From an uncultured cyanobacterium (GTDB lineage Bacteria > Cyanobacteriota > Cyanobacteriia > CAKZMO01), in the NCBI GenBank assembly GCA_963719515.1, contig CAVRCJ010000005.1, positions 227,948-291,947 of the forward strand: 64,000 nucleotides of DNA, read 5' to 3'. Under the pieces are notes generated by a model. The model worked only from the letters and a program-made list of their open reading frames with translations, did not search any database and was not told where the DNA came from. The position numbers and the translations under genes are program-made. The stretch's first letter is position 1; each line of letters opens with the position of its first letter. Shown one piece after another: positions 9,556-19,211 of the stretch.

Positions 9556-12500
9556 TTACAGCGTTACCGGTACGATCGGCTCGATATCGGGGGCGTAGCC
9601 TCCGACCTGGTTGGTCCGCAGCACCCACACCGACGCGCCGTGCTCTAGAAACACCTTGACGATCACGTCACTCGCCTTGCGGGGCAGCAGCGTCCGCCAG
9701 CTCCCAAGGCCCATGATCAAGTTGCGAATGGGCTCGTCTTCGAGGGTGCTGCCCAGGTTGTATTCGTTTTTCTCCCAGTCGGCTCTGGGGGAGCCAAAGG
9801 GCTGCAGCACCCGCTGCAGGTCGTCGCCTAGAGCTACGCTCCGCTGAAGCCGCGCCGCCTGGTCAGGGTGCTGGGCAATCCAGCCGCGCTCCGCACCGTT
9901 CTCTAGGGTGCGGTCTAGCCGCTCTAAGGCGGCAAACAGCGCCTGATTCGAATCCTGAGAGCAGTTGTTGGCGATGCCGACGTAGGTGCCCCCCGTGCCG
10001 TTACCGATGCGGTAGCGGGCGGCCATGGCGCTCAGCTGCGTCACCATGGTCGATAGGGGCGATCGCCGTTCTCTACCCATCTCATACCAGCCGGTGAAGC
10101 TGTCGAGCTTGACCAACAGGTCGCACACCGGGCGCGTCCCCATCCAGCCAAACTGGCGATCGCCCATGTAGCGGTTCCAGTGCAGCGCTCCTGCAATCAG
10201 GCCGTCGGTGTTGTGGGTGTAGATTTGGTGGTAGTGGATATCGAAGCGCAGCTCGTCCGCCAGCGGATCATGCACCACCGTCGCCACGCCGTAGGCAAAG
10301 TGGCCAAAGAAAACCGGTCCTCCCGCCGCCGGTTCGCGCTTTTCTCCCCCAATGCCGCCGTAGACATGCAGCACCAGGGCGCGATCGCCCGCTTGCCAGG
10401 AGTCAATCGCCCGCTGTAGGGCGTCTGAAGTGCCGCTGTCTCGCGCTGCGCAGAGCACCGACGACGCCTTTCCTTTTTTTGTAGTGATATCGTCCCAGGT
10501 TTGACTCCGGATGTGGCGATAGGCCGCATTCTCCCCAAACAGCACCCGATCGGGCCGTAGGTTGAGCAGCGATCGCGGCGCGAGGGACTGCACCACAAAC
10601 TGCCCCGCGTCGTTGGGCGTCCCGTAGATATACCAGCCGCTCTCATTGACCGGGGATTTCTCCAGGTGCTGCCGCGACGAGGGGAAGCAGCTGTTTTGGT
10701 CGGCCACCACTGCGGGCAAGTCGACTGTCTCCTGAGGGCCATTAAACTGGCGAGAGTGACGATCAAAATGGACGACGCAATATTGGTCCTCCCCCACTTG
10801 TTCTACGAACTGCACCAGGCCGTAGTATCGCCCCGTAATCTGTACGGGCTCCCGGCTGATGTAAAGAGTGGGGGGCTGGCTTTTCTGACTTGGCAGGTCG
10901 GAGGAGCCCTCTAACGGGTCTAGCGCTTCGGCCATCACGCCTCCAACCGTCACTCCCTCCAGCAGAACGACGACGTCATCTACCGGATGGGAGCCCGCCA
11001 AAGATTCTAGGGGGTCCACCTGCTGCCAGTGGTTGAGGCGCTCGGGGTGGACCAGCCCGCCGTAGATGCTGCTATATTCCGCATCAGCGCTAAAGTGCAG
11101 GTCTTTGGTCACCGCTTTTACCCAGCGCCGCACCGCTGGATCAGAGCTCCACTTCAGCACGACCACCTGGCCAATCAGCCGTGAATACGCTTCAGGGGTG
11201 TGATAGACCTCCAGCAGCACTCCCGCCGGCAGCCGCTGGTTTCGCTGGGGTAAAATGAGCCGCCCTAGCCAAGGGCCAACCGGGCGGTAGTACTCGCGGT
11301 AGAGCTTCGAGGTCTGTACCGGGGGGTGGACGGGATATGTGTTGGGTCGGTTGAATGTAGCCTTGCGGTAGCGAGTGTAGTTGCTAGGCTGGGCAGCGCT
11401 GAGGTCCGGTGTAGGAAGCAGCTCGCCGCGCAGAATATTGAGGATGGTGTCGATGGTCTTTTGAAGCGCCGTTTGTCCATTGGGTAGCGTCACTTTAGGG
11501 TCAAGAATGCCGCCGGGAACCTGGTGGCCCACGGGGCCTAAGGACACAGTAGAGATATTGCCGTAGCGCCTAGCGCGATTCCAGTAGGACAGGAAAAAGA
11601 GCCGCCAGCGCCCTGGAAACATGACGGGACCGATACGCTCGACGGTGTCTTTGTCCCCTACAAGGTGGTAGAGCTGCTCTAGCTTCAAAATGTTGCAGTT
11701 GCCGCTGATCACGCCGCCCAGAGAAATTACGTCAATGGGGGCGCTGAGGGCGCGTTTGAGCACCGGGGCACAGGCACAAGAAATCTGGCCGCCGCCGCTG
11801 TAGCCAATTAGGGTGATAGGGGTGCCGCTGCCCACGTCGTAGCCGTTTTTCATCAGACCGTTGAACACCACCTGGGCCACGCCGTGGTTATAGAGGGGGC
11901 CGTAGCGCCGGTCCGCCGACACCCCCACAATTAAGACGTTGCGGATGTTGACCAACAGGCCCAGCAGCGCCGTTGGGTTGGCAAAGCGGGCCCGGTCAGC
12001 AAGCTTCCAAAGAAAGGCGAGCGGACGGTCCTCATCTAGGGGGTTATTGAGAACGGAGTAGGGCATGATGCCGCGAATCAGCGCTACGTCTGGCGGAAGC
12101 GATCGCCCCAGCGCATCTAAAAAGTCTTCGATATCCGGCAGGTATTCAAACGTGGATTTGCCAATACCGTCTAAATAAACGATGTAGCGCGAGATGGCCG
12201 GCGCTTCGGCAGGTGAAGGGGAGGTCTCAGCCGCTGGCGAGTCACGGGTGGGCACAGCTAGCTCCCCCGCATTCACCGTGACGTCGATCTCATCGTTATA
12301 CCAGCCGGCCCACCAGCCCAGGGTTTCCAGCGGAGCCAGCAGCCCCGCCACGACGATGCCAATCAGCCCTATCCAGGTAAAGTCAATCAGAGTGCCCAGA
12401 AACTCCGGCAGATCGCCATATCCCAGTAGCCAGCCTCGCAGCGGCCTAAGCGTAATTACTACAGCGCTAGTGAGGATTGCCATACCCACCAGCCCTAAAA

Positions 12501-13365
12501 TCGTCCTTAGAACGCGATTTTGGCGGCCTAGATCGTCAGCCCCGCTGTCTGGCGAGACCACCTCGCTCGCCGTTAAGCTCATCTCCAAGGCTGAATGCGT
12601 CTCCGTAGCGGCACGCTCGGCGCTAGTCGGGAGCGGTGTTGCTCGGTCCGCTAACCGCTGCTGAAGCTCGTCAGTCCAAGCGATTTCACTGATGCGATCG
12701 CGCAGCGCCTCCAAAATATCCTGTCGCCCCGTCACCAGCTCCACCCCTGCCACCCGGTTGGCGAGTCGGTCTCCCAAGTTGGCGACGGGCTGCCCCACCG
12801 TATTCTGCAAAATCTGCAGCACAATCCACCCCAGCGCAATGTGGCTGAGGGCTGACCCAAAACTTGAGCCCGTAACGGCGCTAAACCCCGCCCCCATCGC
12901 CAGCAGATGCCACAGAGAAAGCAAGGTTAAGAGGGGCACCCCCAGGTAGGGTAAGGCTCCAAAGAAGCTGAAAATCAGCGGGGCGTAGCTGATGCCCAAA
13001 ATAGTCGCCAGCACTCGGAACGGGATGTCCTCGGACCAGGGCAGTAGGGTAATTAGCCAAGTGCTGGCAATTAGAAAAAAGGAGCCCGCCGCAAACAAAA
13101 TCCCGTTGACAATTAGGCTCAGCGCGAAGCGCAGTGGCTTTACCCGGTTGATAAATAGAACAATAGCTTGGGCGATCGCCTGAGATAGCCCAGCAATCAG
13201 CGCGATGGCGATCGCAATCCAGATTCCTTGGGACAGCGTAGAGATATCGCGGAGCGCCTCTGTGCTGAGGGCGAAGGTCCAGCCCACTAAATCCCAAAAG
13301 CGCAATGCCGGATCAACAATAGCGGCGTTAACCATGGCGAACAAGGCCCCAGAACGGTGAGCCAC
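9556..13365 (-). CDS. Large multidomain membrane protein: N-terminal TM bundle, alpha/beta-hydrolase-like domain, and a C-terminal domain resembling cyanobacterial proteins annotated 'CAAX protease/abortive infection protein'
   Basis: 1269-aa ORF; about 7 hydrophobic helices in the first 350 aa; TLIGYSGGGQ nucleophile-elbow motif; C-terminal WLGRLILP, HVYGGIGG, GHFAYG, NNCSQDS motifs. Confidence 0.7.
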   Translation of the reverse strand: MAHRSGALFAMVNAAIVDPALRFWDLVGWTFALSTEALRDISTLSQGIWIAIAIALIAGLSQAIAQAIVLFINRVKPLRFALSLIVNGILFAAGSFFLIASTWLITLLPWSEDIPFRVLATILGISYAPLIFSFFGALPYLGVPLLTLLSLWHLLAMGAGFSAVTGSSFGSALSHIALGWIVLQILQNTVGQPVANLGDRLANRVAGVELVTGRQDILEALRDRISEIAWTDELQQRLADRATPLPTSAERAATETHSALEMSLTASEVVSPDSGADDLGRQNRVLRTILGLVGMAILTSAVVITLRPLRGWLLGYGDLPEFLGTLIDFTWIGLIGIVVAGLLAPLETLGWWAGWYNDEIDVTVNAGELAVPTRDSPAAETSPSPAEAPAISRYIVYLDGIGKSTFEYLPDIEDFLDALGRSLPPDVALIRGIMPYSVLNNPLDEDRPLAFLWKLADRARFANPTALLGLLVNIRNVLIVGVSADRRYGPLYNHGVAQVVFNGLMKNGYDVGSGTPITLIGYSGGGQISCACAPVLKRALSAPIDVISLGGVISGNCNILKLEQLYHLVGDKDTVERIGPVMFPGRWRLFFLSYWNRARRYGNISTVSLGPVGHQVPGGILDPKVTLPNGQTALQKTIDTILNILRGELLPTPDLSAAQPSNYTRYRKATFNRPNTYPVHPPVQTSKLYREYYRPVGPWLGRLILPQRNQRLPAGVLLEVYHTPEAYSRLIGQVVVLKWSSDPAVRRWVKAVTKDLHFSADAEYSSIYGGLVHPERLNHWQQVDPLESLAGSHPVDDVVVLLEGVTVGGVMAEALDPLEGSSDLPSQKSQPPTLYISREPVQITGRYYGLVQFVEQVGEDQYCVVHFDRHSRQFNGPQETVDLPAVVADQNSCFPSSRQHLEKSPVNESGWYIYGTPNDAGQFVVQSLAPRSLLNLRPDRVLFGENAAYRHIRSQTWDDITTKKGKASSVLCAARDSGTSDALQRAIDSWQAGDRALVLHVYGGIGGEKREPAAGGPVFFGHFAYGVATVVHDPLADELRFDIHYHQIYTHNTDGLIAGALHWNRYMGDRQFGWMGTRPVCDLLVKLDSFTGWYEMGRERRSPLSTMVTQLSAMAARYRIGNGTGGTYVGIANNCSQDSNQALFAALERLDRTLENGAERGWIAQHPDQAARLQRSVALGDDLQRVLQPFGSPRADWEKNEYNLGSTLEDEPIRNLIMGLGSWRTLLPRKASDVIVKVFLEHGASVWVLRTNQVGGYAPDIEPIVPVTL

Positions 13366-13515
13366 ATAATATCAAAGAGCGATTACCTGCGCTCGATATC
13401 AGGCTACCCCGATATCGTCACTGTGCAAGAATTGCCCTTGAGGCTGTTGCTGTGGCTATCGCTATGGTTGGCGTGGCGGCTTGACGTGGCGGCTTACGGT
13501 CGCCGCCGCTCGTCG

Positions 13516-13746
13516 CTACGCTACCGCGTGAAACATGGGCTCAACCATCAGCGTTGAGTCTTGACGGCCTGTTACTCGCACAGCGGTTCCGGGGACGAGG
13601 GTAATCGGTGCGAGGCAACGGGCCCGCCACCACGAGCCGCTGTACTTGACCCAGCCCGATTGGTCAGCCGTAATTTCTTTGTCCACCAAGGCTTTGGTGT
13701 CGGTGTACTGAAAGTAGTTGGACGAAAAGATCTGTGAGGATTTCAT
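13516..13746 (-). CDS. NfeD-like C-terminal OB-fold protein (stand-alone)
   Basis: ALVDKEI...GWVKYSGSWWRARC...LVPGTAVRVTGRQDSTLMVEP fits the NfeD pattern; ATG at 13746 preceded by GGAGAG. Confidence 0.8.
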   Translation of the reverse strand: MKSSQIFSSNYFQYTDTKALVDKEITADQSGWVKYSGSWWRARCLAPITLVPGTAVRVTGRQDSTLMVEPMFHAVA

Positions 13747-13851
13747 GGCTGTGTCTCTCCACGTGCTGATAGTGTCAGAGCTTAGATATGAGCAATTGTG
13801 TCGTTCAGCCAAGTTGCCGAGGCTTGGCGTTTAATCCTGGGAACATCTGCG

Positions 13852-14070
13852 CTAGAGCAAAACCAATAGGGTAAATATGGCGATCGCTGCTGCGAGAGGT
13901 CCGGAGGCGCTGCTTGAAGGATCGGTAGCGTCGGCAGTATAAGAACACCTTGGTGTGATGCACTTGTACTGACTGCCGCGATGAACGATCCGGTTGCCCT
14001 TGCAGTAGGGACACGTCATATTTTCAGCGTGGGCCCACTCTAGTTGTGATTGCTGTAAGCCAGTTATCAT
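13852..14070 (-). CDS. Small Zn-ribbon protein with C-terminal transmembrane anchor
   Basis: 72 aa; CPYC...CITPRC; hydrophobic tail LAAAIAIFTLLVLL; strong RBS GGAGGA 5 nt before the ATG. Confidence 0.7.
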   Translation of the reverse strand: MITGLQQSQLEWAHAENMTCPYCKGNRIVHRGSQYKCITPRCSYTADATDPSSSASGPLAAAIAIFTLLVLL

Positions 14071-14283
14071 AGTGGTCCTCCGATAGACAGCGAGAAGGAA
14101 GCAGCTCTAGCCGCAACAGTTAAGGTTGGCGACCTCGAATTCTGTTCGGTTAGGGTAAACGCAAACAGGTGCGCTAGAGCCGCAAACGTCAGGTGTTGAG
14201 ACTTAGGTCGATGGGCGGTAAACCGATCTCCCTAAATGTCTCTAGACACCACTATCCCAGCGACTTGTCGAGGAAATTCTCGC

Positions 14284-14305
14284 AAAACTGTCGATCGACA
14301 GTATT
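14284..14305. promoter_or_regulatory. Palindromic candidate operator between divergent genes
   Basis: Perfect 16-bp ACTGTCGATCGACAGT (14287-14302), extending to 22 bp with one mismatched pair; related CGACTTGTCG at 14261-14270. Confidence 0.4.
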
Positions 14306-14676
14306 CGTCAGCCCGTTTTTAAAGCTTTGATGAAGCCTGCAGCGTCCGCTGGCAGAGGCTCATAGAGCATCCGAAAGAAGATAAAGAGAAAAACCAGGAA
14401 AAAATTTTAGCTGAGCCGAGCTAGCTAGATGATGGACAAAATTGTGCTGCTTTGCGCGAGCTTCGATGCGAAAAAGCGCCAATTTTGTGTCACTTTATTA
14501 CAACAAAGCTGCTGAAGGCAAAATTTCGAGCCTAGTGGCAAAGGGCTTGCCTAGACTAAATTGAGCGGCAGAATACGGCTCTGGTGGGGTGCAGTACGGT
14601 AGCATACCTGCTAGAGCCACGTCTGGCAAGCGCAGCTCGATTGACGGAAATCAGGTGTTGAGTAATCTACTAGACC

Positions 14677-17085
14677 ATGGCAAACAAGCTGAGGTTCTCG
14701 GCTGACGGAAAACAGACAGCTCTGCGAGCGGCTCATCGACGGTACGGCGCGAATACCTGGCAAAGCCGGCTGAGCCGGGCGGCTGCGGTGCATCGGCAGA
14801 CGGTTCGAAGGGCGCTGATTGACAGGGAACTGGTCCTGCTAGACAGCTTTGACAAGATTTGTATGGCGCTCGACCTAGAGATTGATACGGTCAGCGACCC
14901 AGATTCTGACCAAGATGATTTGAGCAACGGAAGCAGCGCAGTTAACTCAGCTCAAAAAGGCCTTAGTCACGGTAGCGACTTAAATGGCGCTGTTCAGAGC
15001 GTGCGCAGCTGCGTCCGCGATCGCATTCAGCACGACTGCGGCACCATTCAAATGTTGGCTAGCCGACTGCCTATTGGCCAATTCGTCGAGCTGAGCCTCT
15101 ATCCACTGCTGGCGCTCCCATCAGAGCAGATGCAGTTTACCAGAGGGGGGGGAGGAGGTAGCCCCGTAGGTCGCGAAAGTTTTGACCGCATCGGCGTGCC
15201 TCAGCAGGCTGAGAGCGCTATCTCCTGTCGGGATGCCGCTCTCAACTACAGCCGACTGCTTGTGTATGGGTGGCCAGGCAGCGGCAAAACCAGCTACCTG
15301 AAGTGGCTTGCAACCCAGTGCAATCGGGGCGAGCTGCTGCCTGGCCACGTTCCCGTATTTCTAGAAATGCGCTCGTTTGCTCCCAAGGCCAGACAGCAAA
15401 CCCTCTACGACGAGATTCGACAGTACTTTGAGAACTGCCGCGTCGAGGCTGTAGAGCAGGTAACCCGGCGATTGTTGATGGAGGGGCGAGTGTTTTTGCT
15501 GATCGATGGGCTCGATGAGGTTTCAGAGTCCCAGCGATCGCTCGTGTATACCCAAGTCGAAGAAATTCTCCGTACCTTCTACAACTGCCGGTTTGCCTTC
15601 TCCTGCCGGCTGCCGCTGCCGCTACCCTTTGGGGGCTCGTTTGAGAAGATGCTCATTGCCCCATTTAGCGCTAGGCAGCGGGCGACCTACGTACGTCGCT
15701 GGTTTGAGACAGCGCGAGCGGAGAACCCAGAGCAGATTGCGCGCCAGTTCTTAGAGCGGCTGGGCAAGCACGTCACCTACGGTGAACTGACCCGCACCCC
15801 CATTTTGCTCGACCTGCTGTGCCGGGTGTTTCGGCAATACAGCCGCTTTCCCTACACGAGGGCCGATGTCTACGACTTAGGGCTCCACAGCCTGCTGCGA
15901 GAGGAGGCCCACAACCTGCGCAACAGCAGCGTCTTGAAGGACATCTCTCTAGAAACGACCCGCGACCTGCTGCGGGCGATCGCCGCTGAGTTTTTTCTGC
16001 GCCCTCAGATTCAGACTGCCTTTGATCGGCGAGAGCTAGAGCGTAAGGTGGCGGACTACTTTGTTTCCACCTCGGACATCGCGAAAAGCAGCGTCGCCGC
16101 CTACCGGATTATCACCGACGTCGAGCTGACCTACGGCCTTGTCGTCCAGCAGGCGTCAAACCTTTGCTCTTTTTCCCATCTCACCTTCCAGGAGTACTTT
16201 ACGGCGGAGTATCTGGTCAACGCCGATCGGCAGCTGGAGGTCCACCCGCATCTCACCAACCCCCAGTGGCGGTTCGTCATTCAGCTGGTGGCCGAGCTGC
16301 TGCGCCCTGAGCAAACGGAGGCCTTCTTCACTGGGCTAGCCCAGTCTGTCGATGCCCTGGTGCTTGAGAACTCCAAAGTTCTGCAGTTTCTTGACTGGCT
16401 CGACCAAACCGCAGAGATAGCTGCGCTTTCGGCGCGCGCCGAAACCCCCTACAAGCCGACTCTTCTAAGAGCCTGGTACTTTGCTTTCACCCTAGAAGAC
16501 CGCTTCATCGCCTCAGCCGCTCACAGAGTCCGGCAGTTCGAGTTCCCCGACCTCGACTATGCTACGAGCACGCTGCGCAGCGACGCGCTAGACCTGCACA
16601 CGCTCCTTTACCGCGCCTGGCACACCACCCGGCTAACCGCCGTCAACACCGCCGACACTGCCCACCGCTATGCCCCAGCAGAGGCTCGCTCCGGCTACCG
16701 GCAGTTTGTCCGCATCGTGGACGAGATTTATACCAGAGTGCGCCGCAACCCAAAGCAAGAGGTGCAGTTTGATGCCTGGCGCGATGTGATTCGCAACCAG
16801 CAGCAGCAGCACCGCATTCCCCAAGACTGGTGGGACCACAGCCGGGGGTACTGGCGGCAGCGGGTAGAGCGCTACATGTACAGCGCCCACAGTCTGCGCT
16901 GCGATTGGGAGTTCACCGAAGAAGACATCGCGCTGCTCAGAACCTACTACAGCGCCACGAAGCTCCTCTCGATTTGCCTAAACCTGGCAAGGCATGTTCC
17001 GCAGCGGCAGTACCAGCAGCTCGTTGAGGGTATGCTGCGGATAGCTAGGCCGTCGCCCGTCACCCCTTTTGAAGGATGGCGCTAG
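14677..17085 (+). CDS. NACHT-family STAND NTPase with N-terminal XRE-like HTH and C-terminal helical (NCH2-like) domain
   Basis: HTH-like QSRLSRAAAVHRQTVRRAL...SFDKICMALDL; Walker A GWPGSGKT; Walker B LLIDGLDEV; TPILL; FSHLTFQEYFTA; C-terminal DWEFTEEDIALLRTYYSATKLLSICL. Confidence 0.88.
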   Translation: MANKLRFSADGKQTALRAAHRRYGANTWQSRLSRAAAVHRQTVRRALIDRELVLLDSFDKICMALDLEIDTVSDPDSDQDDLSNGSSAVNSAQKGLSHGSDLNGAVQSVRSCVRDRIQHDCGTIQMLASRLPIGQFVELSLYPLLALPSEQMQFTRGGGGGSPVGRESFDRIGVPQQAESAISCRDAALNYSRLLVYGWPGSGKTSYLKWLATQCNRGELLPGHVPVFLEMRSFAPKARQQTLYDEIRQYFENCRVEAVEQVTRRLLMEGRVFLLIDGLDEVSESQRSLVYTQVEEILRTFYNCRFAFSCRLPLPLPFGGSFEKMLIAPFSARQRATYVRRWFETARAENPEQIARQFLERLGKHVTYGELTRTPILLDLLCRVFRQYSRFPYTRADVYDLGLHSLLREEAHNLRNSSVLKDISLETTRDLLRAIAAEFFLRPQIQTAFDRRELERKVADYFVSTSDIAKSSVAAYRIITDVELTYGLVVQQASNLCSFSHLTFQEYFTAEYLVNADRQLEVHPHLTNPQWRFVIQLVAELLRPEQTEAFFTGLAQSVDALVLENSKVLQFLDWLDQTAEIAALSARAETPYKPTLLRAWYFAFTLEDRFIASAAHRVRQFEFPDLDYATSTLRSDALDLHTLLYRAWHTTRLTAVNTADTAHRYAPAEARSGYRQFVRIVDEIYTRVRRNPKQEVQFDAWRDVIRNQQQQHRIPQDWWDHSRGYWRQRVERYMYSAHSLRCDWEFTEEDIALLRTYYSATKLLSICLNLARHVPQRQYQQLVEGMLRIARPSPVTPFEGWR

Positions 17086-17097
17086 CCTACCCTCGGC

Positions 17098-17841
17098 CTA
17101 TTTGCCTTTCCAGCGGTGGCGCTCCCGAATCGAGTCAGTCTCGGCATCTCGGCGCTCTAAAATTTGCCGCAGCGATCGCGCTGGCATCTGCCGAGGCTTA
17201 TCGTCTTCCGTCTGCTTATCGTGAATAGACCCGTCCGGCATGACGGTTTCTTCTAAGTTAGCGTGGTCTAAGTTGGTTCCTTCCATGTTGGCACCCGCGA
17301 GACTCGCACTGGCGAGGTTAGCGCCACTCAGGTCAGCGTTGCGCAAGTCAGATTCGATAAAGTCGGCCCCCGTGCAGTTGGCCCGACTTAAGTCGGCGTC
17401 CCGGAGGTCGGCCATAATCAGCCGTGCGCCTCTCAGATCGGCCCCAGTTAAATTCGCCCCCCGCAGGTCGGCTTTAATCAACGCTGACTTACTGAGGTCG
17501 GCCCGAATCATATCGGCGCCTCGCAGGTCGGCATCGTCAAGCTCCACCGACTGCATCTTGCTTTCGATCAAGTTGGCATCCCGCAGCGTCGCGTCCCTCA
17601 AGTCACCCAGGTTGAAGCGCGCCCGCGCTAGGTCAGCGCCAGAGAGGTCAGCGCCGCTCAAGTTGGTCCCAACAAAGCTGTCGCCGTGGAGGTCAGCGCC
17701 ACTCAAGTCGCTACCGCTGAGATCTTTGCCTCTAATCTCGGCGCTGCTCAAGTCAGGGCTGACTTCAGGGTTGTCGCGTCGCCACTGATTCCAGCTCTCA
17801 ACTCCACCTTTGAGAAAACCCATATGATCTTCGTTGGCCAC
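17098..17841 (-). CDS. Pentapeptide repeat protein
   Basis: Many A(D/N)LxG-type repeats; typical N-terminus ANEDH..FLKGGVESWNQWR; GTG at 17841 preceded by AGGAGG. Confidence 0.92.
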   Translation of the reverse strand: MANEDHMGFLKGGVESWNQWRRDNPEVSPDLSSAEIRGKDLSGSDLSGADLHGDSFVGTNLSGADLSGADLARARFNLGDLRDATLRDANLIESKMQSVELDDADLRGADMIRADLSKSALIKADLRGANLTGADLRGARLIMADLRDADLSRANCTGADFIESDLRNADLSGANLASASLAGANMEGTNLDHANLEETVMPDGSIHDKQTEDDKPRQMPARSLRQILERRDAETDSIRERHRWKGK

Positions 17842-18033
17842 GGGTGCCCTCCTAAAATTGATTACAGCGTTGCCTTTCCCTATCTTGTCTCGCATCGTAG
17901 CGGCAACGGCAGCTATCGTCACTGTGCTAGGGAGGTATCTGTGGCACTCTTCTAGCTAGCGATCGCTGACGTTGAATTTCGCTTGCTTTAGAATTAGACC
18001 CCCTTCCACTTCGCTTCAAATTCACCTCAAACA

Positions 18034-18876
18034 ATGAGCATTATCAAAGGCAGACGGCTAATCTGGGTGGGAATGCTGCTGGCCCTGTGGCTGTTGTGCA
18101 GCGGAATGACTGGGGCTACGGCGTTTCCTCTGCGCGATCGCCTGCAGCAGTTTCCGATTTGGACCAGTAAGCCCCCGGTCAAAGCTGCCGTTGGGGATTT
18201 GGCCTACCCCGACGGCTTTTTGGGCAACTGGCGGGTTACCACGACGCTGATCGATTTGGCGGCCCCCCTTGCCCCAAATATTGTCACACCAGGGTTCGAG
18301 GGTAACCGCGACCATCTCGATCAACCGATAACTTTTGAGGCCCGGTTTGTGCGATCACCCGCCAACCAAGCCGCCCTAACGTCGCTGCCGGTGACGCCGC
18401 TGCATATTATTCCCCTCACCCGCCGCCTGTCCCCGGTAGTTGCCGACCGCGCCTTTAATGGCCTTAACCTAACAAAGGCCTACCTCAACCAGTCTTCTGA
18501 CGGCATGGGAGACCTAGTGCAGCAGGTAAAGGTGGACCCGGGTGCTCCCAACCGCCAAGTGACCCTGATGAGAGGAGATCGCCAGCTGGTGTCCACAATT
18601 ACCGGGCGGGCTACCGAAATACCCGCCCCCAATACCTTCGTCACCAGTGAGGTATTTCAGCAGGTGTTTCGCGGCCTGCCCCAGCTCTACCTCAACGAGG
18701 TGGAATCCACCACGGCCTACCGCTGCGATACCGACTGCGCAGCCGTTCCCGCAACCCTCATCGCAGACCAAGTCACAGCGATCTACCTCTCCCCCCAAGA
18801 TCCCAGCTTCTTCGAGAGCAGAGCGCAGCCCGCAGCGCTGTATCGATACGGAATGGTGCTGGAGCGCCTGCCGTAG
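18034..18876 (+). CDS. DUF6816-like conserved cyanobacterial protein with signal/anchor segment
   Basis: N-terminal hydrophobic helix; motifs GDLAYPD, VVADRAFNG, NEVESTTAY, TAIYLSPQDP. Confidence 0.7.
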   Translation: MSIIKGRRLIWVGMLLALWLLCSGMTGATAFPLRDRLQQFPIWTSKPPVKAAVGDLAYPDGFLGNWRVTTTLIDLAAPLAPNIVTPGFEGNRDHLDQPITFEARFVRSPANQAALTSLPVTPLHIIPLTRRLSPVVADRAFNGLNLTKAYLNQSSDGMGDLVQQVKVDPGAPNRQVTLMRGDRQLVSTITGRATEIPAPNTFVTSEVFQQVFRGLPQLYLNEVESTTAYRCDTDCAAVPATLIADQVTAIYLSPQDPSFFESRAQPAALYRYGMVLERLP

Positions 18877-19211
18877 GCTTCACTGGAGCAGCGTCAGGGC
18901 GGTATTTACGACTCGCAGGGCGGTTTCCGTAGCGGGGGCGATCGCTGATAATGGGGGAATCGTAGGTGGTGCTATATCCAGCCTGCGAGGCAACAGCTGA
19001 CGACTGTAGCGCTGCTAATATCGAGACCTAGCGCGAAGTTCCTGGTGACTATGTGTTGAGATATTTTACAATTGTTGTAATTGCCACCTACCGATGGTGC
19101 ATACGCGGTGCCATGGTCAAGTTAACCCTAACCAGGATGTGGTCACAGCCCCCAGTTTGATTTAGCCAATTTATCGCAGTTAGTTTGTCGCAGATTACAT
19201 CGAGAGCAACC

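Noticed and set aside
14088..14105. GAAGGAAGCAGC resembling SRP RNA domain IV
   Set aside because: The upstream CAGG-NCC-GNRA stem and the long flanking helix are missing.
15145..15152. G8 tract in the NACHT gene as a phase-variation switch
   Set aside because: In frame and within Gly codons; a similar G8 occurs in the conserved Gly-rich motif of alaS, so there is no specific support.
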